From the NCBI GenBank assembly GCA_965204115.1, contig OZ241963.1:468622-532621 (forward strand): a stretch of 64,000 bases of DNA. Direction: 5' to 3'. A program made the translations under genes and the position numbers. Below the pieces are notes generated by a model. It saw only the letters and a list, made by a program, of their open reading frames with translations, had not been told where the DNA came from and did not search any database. How positions within the stretch are numbered: position 1 is the stretch's first letter; every line of letters starts with the position of its first letter. Shown here piece by piece: positions 1-8,655 of this stretch. The stretch is from Minisyncoccota bacterium. GTDB lineage: Bacteria; Patescibacteriota; Minisyncoccia; Phycocordibacterales; JABAAK01.

Positions 1-992
1 CCGGTGGTAAGACAACCAAAGAGTCAGTGCTGCTGCAAATGGTTGACGATCATCCTGTTGTCCCTCTTGTTCTTGAGTATCGGCATTATGAGAAATTGCG
101 GTCCACCTATGTTGATGCATTACCTGATTTTGTCGCTGATGACGGGCGAATACACACCACTCTGCAGCAAAACGGCACGGTGACCGGGCGGTTTTCTTCG
201 CGTGATCCGAATTTGCAGAATATACCGATTGGTGGGGAAGACGGTACCGCCATTCGTGATTTGTTTGTTGCCGCTGACGGGTGGGAGTTGGTGGCGATTG
301 ACTATTCGCAGGTTGAGCTGCGGTTGGCGGCCATTTTGTCGCAGGATAAGGCGCTGTTGGAGGTGTTTCGGCAGGGGGTTGATGTGCACCAAGCAGTTGC
401 GGCGCGGATGTTTTCCGTTTCGCGGGATGCTGTCACATCAGATCAGCGAAACAGCGCGAAGGCGATCAATTTTGGAGTGCTGTACGGTATGGGTTCGCAG
501 TCATTGAGCCGCTCGCTCAAGGTTTCGCTGACAGAAGCGGATGCATTCCTTGCTGATTATAAAAAAGCGTTTCCCGAGCTGTTTGACTACCTTGCCGCTA
601 TTAAGAAAGAAGTGTCGGAGACCGGGTTTGTGACGACAGCGTTCGGGCGTGTTCGCCCGATTGCCGGCATTCACTCCTCACTTGCGTATGTGAAGGCGCA
701 GGCGGAGCGGACTGCTGCAAACACTGTGATACAAGGAACCGCCGCTGACATTATTAAACTGGCGATGGTTGCTGTTGATGAGATGCTCACAAAAGAGGGG
801 TTGGAAAATGATGTGCGCATGCTCCTGCAGATACACGATGAATTGCTCTTTGAGGTTCGCCCTAAAGTTGCCGATGAGGCGGTCGCAAAGATTGTGGAAG
901 TTATGGAGTCGGTATACCCGAAAGACGGCAAGCCGATACGGCTGCTGGCAAGTGTGGGACGTGGGCAGAGTTGGGGGTCATTGGATAAGTGA
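1..992 (+). CDS. polA: DNA polymerase I, C-terminal polymerase domain (5' truncated by window)
   Basis: Family A motifs TGRFSSRDPNLQNIP, DYSQVELR, AKAINFGVLYG, IQGTAADIIK, LLQIHDELLFE. Confidence 0.97.
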   Translation, partial: GGKTTKESVLLQMVDDHPVVPLVLEYRHYEKLRSTYVDALPDFVADDGRIHTTLQQNGTVTGRFSSRDPNLQNIPIGGEDGTAIRDLFVAADGWELVAIDYSQVELRLAAILSQDKALLEVFRQGVDVHQAVAARMFSVSRDAVTSDQRNSAKAINFGVLYGMGSQSLSRSLKVSLTEADAFLADYKKAFPELFDYLAAIKKEVSETGFVTTAFGRVRPIAGIHSSLAYVKAQAERTAANTVIQGTAADIIKLAMVAVDEMLTKEGLENDVRMLLQIHDELLFEVRPKVADEAVAKIVEVMESVYPKDGKPIRLLASVGRGQSWGSLDK

Positions 993-1051
993 TTTTTTAT
1001 ACAATATCCTTATATTCAATGCTGTGCGAAGGGTTTTGGTATACTGTTGCT

Positions 1052-1753
1052 ATGCTATATGTGTTTTGCGGAGATCGGTTTGCGGCGCGGGAGTTGAGTA
1101 AGGAGTTTGTTGCTGCATGTCAGAAGAAGCGGGCAGGGGCGGAGTATATTTATCTGTCGCCTGCGGTTATACATCATTCACTGGAGGAGCTGCTGTTGGG
1201 ACAGGGGTTATTTGAACAGAAGTACATCGTGTTTTGTGATGAAATGATCAATGATTCTTCCGGGCAGCATTTGGTTGACAACCTTCCGCTCTATGCTGAG
1301 TCGCCCCACATGTTTGTGGTGTTTGAGCCATCGCTGGATGCGCGTGGTGAGAAGAAATTATCAAATGCCGGTGCGGTGGTTCAGCGCTGTCGGGAGCAGA
1401 AGGCGGCTTCGGAGGATGTGCGTCCGGTGTTTGCATTTATTGATGTGTTTTTGCGCAGAGATGCCGAGAAGTCATTTGTCGCGCTGCACTCCTTGTTGCA
1501 AAATGGCGGTTTGCCGTCTTCGGTGCTGAATATGCTGCTGTGGCAGTTGCGGATGCTCACCTTGGTTTCACAGTCGGCGAGTGCCACCGCTGCCGGCGTG
1601 AAGCCGTTTGTCTACACAAAAGCGCAGAAAGCGCTCGCGCGTATTGATGACCCGTTTGATTTGTTTGTGCGGGCTGAGGAGGTTGTTCGCACAGGGCGAT
1701 TGCGCGGCGCTACTGACGCGGAGATTGCGGAATATTTGGTTTTGAGCGTGTAG
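1052..1753 (+). CDS. Putative DNA polymerase III delta subunit (HolA-like)
   Basis: GLFEQKYIVF and C-terminal VFAFID...LLWQLRML...GVKPFVYTKA resemble HolA; start placed at ATG 6 nt after TATACT. Confidence 0.65.
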   Translation: MLYVFCGDRFAARELSKEFVAACQKKRAGAEYIYLSPAVIHHSLEELLLGQGLFEQKYIVFCDEMINDSSGQHLVDNLPLYAESPHMFVVFEPSLDARGEKKLSNAGAVVQRCREQKAASEDVRPVFAFIDVFLRRDAEKSFVALHSLLQNGGLPSSVLNMLLWQLRMLTLVSQSASATAAGVKPFVYTKAQKALARIDDPFDLFVRAEEVVRTGRLRGATDAEIAEYLVLSV

Positions 1754-1775
1754 GTTTCGGTGATATACTGAGGGC

Positions 1776-2348
1776 ATGATTGGAGCACTCACAGGCACAG
1801 TTCGGGATGCAGGGAAGGATATGGTTGTGGTGGAGACGGGTGGTGGAGTCGGGTATGCGGTGACGGTTTCAGCGGCGACGAAAAATAACATCCTTGCGCG
1901 GGAATCCTGCACCTTGTACACCCATACTGCGGTGCGGAAGGACACGATTGACCTGTTCGGTTTTCTTGAGCGGGAGGAGTACTCCGCTTTTTTGTTGCTC
2001 ATCTCTGTTTCCGGGGTCGGTCCGAAGAAAGCGTTTGCAGTGCTTGATATGATGCCGGTGCAGACACTGCTATCGGCCATTCAGAAAGAAGATGTTGCCA
2101 CACTGGTTTCGTTTGGGGTGGGGAAGAAGCAGGCGCAGCGTATGGTGCTTGATTTGCAAAAGAAAATTGAAGTTGATGGCGGCGACTTTGACTTGTCCGG
2201 TGATCTCATTGCGACACTAGTCGCGCTTGGGTATGAGAAGAAGGAGATTGCCGAGGTTCTGCGGGAGGTTTCCCTGCAGAGTGAGACAGTTGAGGATCAG
2301 GTGCAGGAATTTTTAAAGTTAATTCGAGAGGCGAAAGTCCGTAAATGA
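1776..2348 (+). CDS. ruvA: Holliday junction branch migration protein RuvA
   Basis: MIGALTG..VVETGGGVGYAV, LFGF, LLISVSGVGPKKA HhH, GVGKKQAQRMVLDL, LVALGY. Confidence 0.95.
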   Translation: MIGALTGTVRDAGKDMVVVETGGGVGYAVTVSAATKNNILARESCTLYTHTAVRKDTIDLFGFLEREEYSAFLLLISVSGVGPKKAFAVLDMMPVQTLLSAIQKEDVATLVSFGVGKKQAQRMVLDLQKKIEVDGGDFDLSGDLIATLVALGYEKKEIAEVLREVSLQSETVEDQVQEFLKLIREAKVRK

Positions 2349-3358
2349 GTATGCAATTTTCTCGCTTGACCGTGTTATTTTTACTACTCTTCGTCAGTAG
2401 CGTTGCGTTGTTTTTTATCACCCTTTCTGACTCTCAACGACCTATTGTATCTTCCATGACGGAACAGTATCAACAGGAAGCAGTGCCGCAGGATTCGTAC
2501 ACGATATTTTTTGCCGGTGATGTAATGCTGGATCGAGGTGTTGCGTTTTATGTTGCGCGGTATGGTGATGATGACTGGCGGTTTCCGTGGCGGTTTGTGG
2601 TCGATCGCTTGCGTTTGTTTGACATTGTCTTTGTGAATCATGAGGGGGTGATGAGTTCTGTCGGGCAAGACGCCGGCGGTGTGCATTCTTTTAATTTTCC
2701 GATTGCCGCGCTTGATGGGCTACTGTTTGCCGGAGTTGATGTGGTGAGTTTGGCGAATAATCATATTTTTGACTGGGGTGCTGCCGCGCTGTGCGACACG
2801 GTGCGGCGTTTGCATGCACATGCTGTCGGCACTGTCGGTGCCGGGTGTTCGTACGATGAGGCGAACGCACCGCATATTCATTCATTTACTGACGGAACCA
2901 GTGTTGGGTTTCTCGGGTATACTCCGTTCTATCATCCGAACGGTGCTGCCGGACACAGATTCCCCGGCCTTTCTGAGTACACCCCGATTACTATGCGGCA
3001 GCGCGTTGCCGCTCTGCGCGAGCAGGTGGATGTTGTGGTGGTTTCTCTGCACTGGGGTGAGGAGTATCAGCCGAAATCAAATGCGGAGCAGCGGCGTGTT
3101 GGGCGTATACTTATTGATGCCGGTGCGGATATTGTTGTTGGACATCATCCGCATGTTGCCCAGGAGGTTGAGGAGTATAACGGGGGATGGATACTGTATA
3201 GTTTGGGTAATTTTATTTTTGATCAGTATTTTTCTCAAGAAACCATGGAAGGGCTTATTGCCATTGCTACCGTGCAGGGCAGGGCGGTTGTGTCTGTCGT
3301 CACCGAAAGGGTGTCCCTCAACCGGTATTATCAGCCAATGTTTGAGGATAAACAATGA
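2345..3358 (+). CDS. CapA/PGA_cap family metallophosphoesterase with N-terminal membrane anchor
   Basis: AGDVMLDRG, NHEG, SLANNHIFDWG, LHWGEEY, GHHPHV, YSLGNFIFDQ. Confidence 0.9.
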   Translation: MSMQFSRLTVLFLLLFVSSVALFFITLSDSQRPIVSSMTEQYQQEAVPQDSYTIFFAGDVMLDRGVAFYVARYGDDDWRFPWRFVVDRLRLFDIVFVNHEGVMSSVGQDAGGVHSFNFPIAALDGLLFAGVDVVSLANNHIFDWGAAALCDTVRRLHAHAVGTVGAGCSYDEANAPHIHSFTDGTSVGFLGYTPFYHPNGAAGHRFPGLSEYTPITMRQRVAALREQVDVVVVSLHWGEEYQPKSNAEQRRVGRILIDAGADIVVGHHPHVAQEVEEYNGGWILYSLGNFIFDQYFSQETMEGLIAIATVQGRAVVSVVTERVSLNRYYQPMFEDKQ

Positions 3359-3392
3359 TTTTATACTGTTTGGCGTGGTATCTTGAAAGTAT

Positions 3393-4469
3393 ATGAAAGA
3401 CATGCAGCTCGGCACCCTCCTGCCGATATTCCTTTTCTTCATGCTGTTTGCAGGGATCCTCGTTATCTATCGGGAGGAGATAGAAAAAATGGAGTTGTTC
3501 GGGAAGTTGCATGTTACACCGGTCCCTGCGACATTTACCGGTCGTCCGGATATTCCTCCCCCTGTTCCTATTCCTACTGTTCCGGATTTGGGTCTGAATC
3601 CCAGTTCTCTGTCATCCTCTAATATCGGGAGTGCTCGCCTGCTGTCTTTTGGGAACGGGCGGGTTGTTGACACCACACTGCACAATATCCCGGTTGCGAA
3701 TCTCCGGGGTGGTGAGGGGTCGTTGCACACACTTCTACCTGATGTTGCTGATTACTATGCCCGAGCGTTTGTGGAAGAAGCATCCGATTTATACTCCCCG
3801 TCTCCTTATGTCGGCTCTGTTGTGTTTCTTGATCGAGCGTCTGGTGTTAAGGTGTCGGAACCTGATCGTGAGTATTTTGTTCTCCTTGTTTCCGATGTTC
3901 TGTCAACCCCTATTACCATTACAGACTGGAAGGTGTTTGATCGGGCGACAAAGAGGATACACCACATCCCCCGTGCTGTTAAGGTCTTCGGTTCCGGTGA
4001 TGTCTCTGCATCAGTTGTTGTACGTGCAGGGGATCGAATTTTTGTTTCCTCCGGATATTCCCCGGTGAAAACCTCGTTTCAGGTGAATAAGTGTTCCGGT
4101 TACCGTTCTCAATCTGTTGACTTTGTTCCGAGTATCAAAACATCCTGCACCGACCCTGTCCGCGAGTTTACGAGTCACGGAAAAGTCCCGTTCTCAGACG
4201 ATGTCTGTTACGACACCGTTTCCTCCCTCTCTCCCTGCACTACCGTCAAAACTGTTCCGCAGAGTGTTACCACCGCCTGTCGCGACTTTTTACAGCAAGT
4301 GCTCTCTGAGAAAGGTTGTGTCTCCCGACACCGCAATGATGTTGATTTTTTTACCGGTGAATGGCGCCTCTTTCTTAAATCAGACCGTGAGCTTTGGAAA
4401 AATCGTGACAATGTTCTCTACCTCCTGGACGAAAATGATCTCCTCGTCGCGACTATGGTGTATCGGTAG
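3393..4469 (+). CDS. Membrane-anchored hypothetical protein, Cys-containing extracellular domain
   Basis: 358-aa ORF, N-terminal TM helix, FQVNKCSGY and C-terminal LYLLDENDLLVA. Confidence 0.7.
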   Translation: MKDMQLGTLLPIFLFFMLFAGILVIYREEIEKMELFGKLHVTPVPATFTGRPDIPPPVPIPTVPDLGLNPSSLSSSNIGSARLLSFGNGRVVDTTLHNIPVANLRGGEGSLHTLLPDVADYYARAFVEEASDLYSPSPYVGSVVFLDRASGVKVSEPDREYFVLLVSDVLSTPITITDWKVFDRATKRIHHIPRAVKVFGSGDVSASVVVRAGDRIFVSSGYSPVKTSFQVNKCSGYRSQSVDFVPSIKTSCTDPVREFTSHGKVPFSDDVCYDTVSSLSPCTTVKTVPQSVTTACRDFLQQVLSEKGCVSRHRNDVDFFTGEWRLFLKSDRELWKNRDNVLYLLDENDLLVATMVYR

Positions 4470-4494
4470 TGTTTGCCTGTTGGTATATGAAAAA

Positions 4495-4524
4495 GGCGCA
4501 GCGGGATGGTATCCCTGCTGCGCC
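4495..4524. terminator. Hairpin between convergent genes
   Basis: GGCGCAGCGGGAT-ggt-ATCCCtGCTGCGCC, A-run on the left. Confidence 0.7.
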
Positions 4525-4559
4525 GATGTGTGTCATTAAGTGACACTGTTATTAGGCGA

Positions 4560-5261
4560 TTAAGCGGCTTGTGCGCGTGCTGCCATGCGTTCGGTTATTT
4601 CTATCACCTCTTTCGGGGTGGTGTTAGCGTCGATGTCCGTTTCTGCTTTGGAGACATAGTGAACCACCATCTCGATCTTTTCGAGTAATTTCTGCTCTGC
4701 TCCGCTCGCAGATATATCGAGGAGTTGTGTGTCCTCTATGTCTTCCAGAGACCGGACGACTTCTATCGGTGCTGATATTCCGTCGAGCCAGGTGCTTACC
4801 TTATCAAAATCCAGGTGTTCCTGGGAGCCTCGGAGTTCTTCAATCTTTTCTCGTGTACCCACCACTCCATTGCAGCAGCACATAAAAAGCAGGGCTACTC
4901 CGTGTCTGTCCAGAACTTCGTCAACAGCATCCATTGTCGGCCCGGCCATCCTGATTGTCGGGAACACTTTGTGGAGTAGTTCCATTATCCGTGTCCGATA
5001 CCTTTCGCCGCTTGTACTACCGACTGTGAATGGTATCTGTGCCGTATCGTCTCCAAAGAAGCTTGAGCGATCTCCTTTTTTAATCTCGTCCACTGCGGCC
5101 GCTAAGGCGCTGAAGAAGAGAATCGGTGCGAAGATGTGCTCTTTCACCGCTTTGAAGAGATCATCGGAAAACTCCGCGACGTCGGGCAGAATTTTCTTCA
5201 GTCGTTCAATGTGTGCTCCGGTTGTGTTAACCATGAGCGGGTTTTGTGTCGTTTGACACAT
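4560..5261 (-). CDS. Hypothetical protein
   Basis: 233-aa ORF with AGGAGG 8 nt upstream of ATG; no motif recognised. Confidence 0.65.
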   Translation of the reverse strand: MCQTTQNPLMVNTTGAHIERLKKILPDVAEFSDDLFKAVKEHIFAPILFFSALAAAVDEIKKGDRSSFFGDDTAQIPFTVGSTSGERYRTRIMELLHKVFPTIRMAGPTMDAVDEVLDRHGVALLFMCCCNGVVGTREKIEELRGSQEHLDFDKVSTWLDGISAPIEVVRSLEDIEDTQLLDISASGAEQKLLEKIEMVVHYVSKAETDIDANTTPKEVIEITERMAARAQAA

Positions 5262-5381
5262 AGTATTTTCCTCCTAAATAATAGTTGAAATGTACACGGT
5301 ACCAATGAACACAATTTCTATTGGCACCCCAATGGATAGACAAGGTCTACCAATTGGGATACGAACAGATTACACACCCTG

Positions 5382-6230
5382 TTATACACCCTGGAAAGAG
5401 TGGTTGCGTTTGTATTTCCGCTTTGTTCGTTCCAGCCGATTGCGTTGATTCAGCGGGACGATTGCTTCATACATACTCTCCAGTACAGTATGCCACACGG
5501 AAACCGGTTCAAAAGGGTTGCGCTTTATTGCGGTGTCTTCGGGGAGAAAGGCGGTCGGTGCGGTGCCGAGTTGCTCTGTGATAAATCTCCGATCCTCGTC
5601 ACTCGTCGCCTTGTTGCCTGCAAACACATACGGTGTTTCAAAAAACTCCATCAGGTCGGCAATTTGCTTTGCTGTTTTGACGCTGTGTAACGATGGTTCG
5701 CACACAACAACACCGACATCAATGCCGGTCACGATGCCGGTGGTCACGCCATCAGCACCCGCCTTTTCGTCCATCAGCACCACACTGTTTTCATCAACCT
5801 CAAGGAGCGGTAGGTAAATTTTCAACGGCGTCGTCAAAACATGGCTGCATGCCTTGCCGTACAGCACATCGTCGGTTTGCGATCCGGCCATCATGAGACG
5901 CATTCTATCTCCGATGGTGTGGGAATGTGATTGTGTATATGGGTCAACAGGATTCAGAGAAAACCCTTCGCCGTTTGATTTTTCTAAAAACACCTTACTG
6001 CAGGGATCCCCTTCGTCCAAATCAAACATGGACCGAATAGCATCAAGACCGTTCCCCAGGCATGGCGTGTCAGACGGCACAGCACCACCGGTGATATTGT
6101 AGGCGAAATCCATGTTGTGATCGGCATCAATAGCAAGCACTTCCTTACCTAATGCGTGCAAAAACAAGGCCATCTGTGTCGCAACCGATGACTTTCCACT
6201 CCCACCTTTTCCCAAAAACCCAATAATCAT
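5382..6230 (-). CDS. CooC-like (MinD/ParA/SIMIBI) P-loop ATPase
   Basis: Deviant Walker A GKGGSGKSS, VLAIDADHN, LMDEKAG, VVVCEPSLHSV, GNK. Confidence 0.8.
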   Translation of the reverse strand: MIIGFLGKGGSGKSSVATQMALFLHALGKEVLAIDADHNMDFAYNITGGAVPSDTPCLGNGLDAIRSMFDLDEGDPCSKVFLEKSNGEGFSLNPVDPYTQSHSHTIGDRMRLMMAGSQTDDVLYGKACSHVLTTPLKIYLPLLEVDENSVVLMDEKAGADGVTTGIVTGIDVGVVVCEPSLHSVKTAKQIADLMEFFETPYVFAGNKATSDEDRRFITEQLGTAPTAFLPEDTAIKRNPFEPVSVWHTVLESMYEAIVPLNQRNRLERTKRKYKRNHSFQGV

Positions 6231-6456
6231 ACTACCTATAACGCACATACAGTATACACCACTCCGCTCTAATAATAGCGGTGGGTATGTTTGAAACACA
6301 CCCAGTGAAAGCAGGAAATGTGAAAAACTCTTATTTTATGGGATATTTTAAAAAAATCACTACGAACCTACTACGAAGAATGCCCTTATTCATGGGGCTT
6401 TTTCTAAAATTTTCTCTAAAATCAGCAAAAACCACTACGAATATTTGCAAAACTGT

Positions 6457-6562
6457 AATATAGATTTTTATATTGCAAGTTTGGTGCCTAAGTTGCAATA
6501 TAGATTTTTATATTGCAAGTTTGGTGCCTAAGTTGCAATATAGATTTTTATATTGCAACTTA
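6457..6562. repeat. 40-bp tandem repeat (about 2.6 copies), each with palindrome TTGCAATATA-N6-TATATTGCAA
   Basis: Units start at 6457, 6497 and 6537; the first palindrome has an imperfect left arm; the last extends to 14-bp arms. Confidence 0.95.
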
Positions 6563-6591
6563 AGTGCTAAAATTGTACTATAATATATACT

Positions 6592-7767
6592 ATGTCAATA
6601 TCAAGCGCTAAAGGCGATAAAAAACCAGGAGGGTTTGTTGCAGGTTCATACACGAAGCATTTTTATGGAAAGGAATATGAATACGAAAGTTTCTATCCAA
6701 ATTCTGTGAATGTTCCGTATGCTCACAAGGATTTGCGCATACCCATTCTCCTTGAGGAGGCGGCGCAACATCTTGCTGAGTTGAATGCGTATTCTCACCT
6801 TGTTCCGGACATTGATTACTTTATTCAAATGCATGTACGAAATGAAGCGGTAAAATCCAGCAGAATTGAAGGGACGAATACTGGTATTGATGAGGCAGTA
6901 CTTGATGAGAAGGAGGTAAGTCCTGAACGAAGGGATGATTGGAAAGAGGTGCAAAATTATATTGAGGCGATGAACTACGGGGTGGACCGAATGGTCAAAC
7001 TCCCACTCTGCATGCGTCTTTTGTGTGGTATGCACAAGATACTTATGCAAGGCGTCCGAGGTGAGGGTAAGCAGCCGGGTGAAGTTAGATCAAAGCAAAA
7101 TTGGATTGGTGTCGATATTAAAACTGCTTCATTTATACCCCCGCACCAGGAAGTGGTTCCTGAACTATTGCAGGATTTGGAAATGTTTTGGAATGATAAA
7201 AATAATCTCACCATCCCAAACCTTATTAAGGTCGCCATATCACACTATCAATTCGAGACAATTCACCCTTTTAATGATGGGAATGGACGGATCGGTCGCA
7301 TACTTATTGTTATTCATCTTATGAGTATGGGGATTTTGGAAAAGCCGACGCTTTATCTGTCTGACTTTTTTGATCGTCATAAGGGTAAATACTATGATGC
7401 ACTCACATTTGTGCGTGAGCGAAATGATATTGATCAGTGGGTTTTATTTTTTCTCTCCGGCATCGTTGAAACTGCGAAAAAAGGGAAGGGTGTTTTGAGG
7501 GAGATCATTGATCTTCGCACAGGTTACGAAGAGAAACTTCTCACTTTTGGGCGGCGTGCAAAAACTGCAAAAGCGTTAATCTGGTTCGCTTTTTCCAGCC
7601 CTGTGTTTGATGTTGCTTCAGCGGCAGCATACCTTGATTTATCCCGCAGTACGGTAAATTCAATTGCCAAAGAAATGGTGGCGGCAGGTATTCTGAAAGA
7701 GTCAACCGGATTTTCGCGAAACAGGATATTCTCACTCCATGAATATGTAGATTTATTCAAGAAATGA
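6592..7767 (+). CDS. Fic family protein with C-terminal HTH
   Basis: Fic motif HPFNDGNGRIGR; EAVKSSRIEGT; C-terminal AAAYLDLSRSTVNSIAKEMVAAGIL. Confidence 0.93.
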   Translation: MSISSAKGDKKPGGFVAGSYTKHFYGKEYEYESFYPNSVNVPYAHKDLRIPILLEEAAQHLAELNAYSHLVPDIDYFIQMHVRNEAVKSSRIEGTNTGIDEAVLDEKEVSPERRDDWKEVQNYIEAMNYGVDRMVKLPLCMRLLCGMHKILMQGVRGEGKQPGEVRSKQNWIGVDIKTASFIPPHQEVVPELLQDLEMFWNDKNNLTIPNLIKVAISHYQFETIHPFNDGNGRIGRILIVIHLMSMGILEKPTLYLSDFFDRHKGKYYDALTFVRERNDIDQWVLFFLSGIVETAKKGKGVLREIIDLRTGYEEKLLTFGRRAKTAKALIWFAFSSPVFDVASAAAYLDLSRSTVNSIAKEMVAAGILKESTGFSRNRIFSLHEYVDLFKK

Positions 7768-7814
7768 ACTTTGCTCACCGGAGAGTGGGGCGTGTTTCAG
7801 GTTGTATTGGGAAG

Positions 7815-7887
7815 TCCGCCCACTAGGATTCGAACCTAGGACCACCGGCTTAAAAGGCCGTTGCTCTACCAACTGAGCTATGGGCGG
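7815..7887 (-). tRNA. tRNA-Lys(TTT)
   Basis: Acceptor CCGCCCA/TGGGCGG, discriminator A, D arm GCTC/GAGC, anticodon loop CTTTTAA, T arm CTAGG-TTCGAAT-CCTAG; no encoded CCA. Confidence 0.95.
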
Positions 7888-7979
7888 AATGAGCGGTATT
7901 TTGGAATACCACCTTTTGATTATAACATTACGACTGTTGGGTATTGCGTTGTTGCGCAGGGTGGGGTATAGTATTGGTA

Positions 7980-8255
7980 ATGGCTAATACAACAGCAGCA
8001 AAAAAGGCAATGCGGGTTTCTGCGAGGAAGCGGGTGTTTAACCTGCGTCGTTTGCGTGCGGTGCGATCGCTGATGAAAGAGGTAGTTACGAAGCATCGGC
8101 AAGGAGATGCCGCAGGTGCGCGTGAGCAGTATCAGGAGGCGCAGAAGGCGATTGACAAGGCGGCGAAGCGGGGAGTGATAAAGAAGCAGACAGCGTCGCG
8201 GCGGAAGGCGATGTTGGCGCGGATGATAAAGCCGGCAGCGGCAGAAAGTAAGTAA
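7980..8255 (+). CDS. rpsT: 30S ribosomal protein S20
   Basis: MANTTAAKKAMR...AIDKAAKRGVIKKQTASRRKA. Confidence 0.95.
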   Translation: MANTTAAKKAMRVSARKRVFNLRRLRAVRSLMKEVVTKHRQGDAAGAREQYQEAQKAIDKAAKRGVIKKQTASRRKAMLARMIKPAAAESK

Positions 8256-8262
8256 CAGCACT

Positions 8263-8607
8263 ATGGAGATGATCACCATTGAACAATTCGCTGCGGTGAG
8301 GATGGTTGTCGGGCGGATTGTGTCTGCTGAGCAGATGCAGGGTTCCGATAAGATGTTGAAACTGTTGATTGATACCGGCGGTCCGCACAGTCGGACTGTT
8401 TTGTCCGGCATTGCGCAGCACTACACCCCTGAGGCACTTGTTGACCGAAAGTGCATTGTTGTGGTGAACCTGCAGCCGAAAGAGATGCTGGGTGCGGAGA
8501 GTAATGGTATGCTGTTGTGTGCCACCTACACTGATGGGCTTGGTGCTGAGAGTGTTCGTATTGTAGAGCCGGCACTCGGTATTCCGACCGGATCACCGCT
8601 CTCTTGA
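8263..8607 (+). CDS. tRNA-binding OB-fold protein (MetRS C-terminal/Trbp111/CsaA-like)
   Basis: ITIEQF, VGRIVSAE, SDKMLKL, RTVLSGIA, VVNLQPKEMLGAESNGMLL. Confidence 0.9.
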   Translation: MEMITIEQFAAVRMVVGRIVSAEQMQGSDKMLKLLIDTGGPHSRTVLSGIAQHYTPEALVDRKCIVVVNLQPKEMLGAESNGMLLCATYTDGLGAESVRIVEPALGIPTGSPLS

Positions 8608-8655
8608 TGGTAGGCGGGTGTGGGGCATCTCAGGTTTGTGCGGTATTATGGGTAT

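Noticed and set aside
6457-6562. Palindromic repeats as a mini CRISPR array
   Set aside because: The intervening 14-bp segments are identical and too short for spacers; no cas genes in the window
4560-7815. Integrative island at tRNA-Lys
   Set aside because: Accessory genes lie at its 3' side, but I found no duplicated tRNA end and no integrase
7814-7888. Unusual U1:A72 tRNA-Lys with C discriminator
   Set aside because: The correct register gives a normal 73-nt tRNA with C1:G72 and A73
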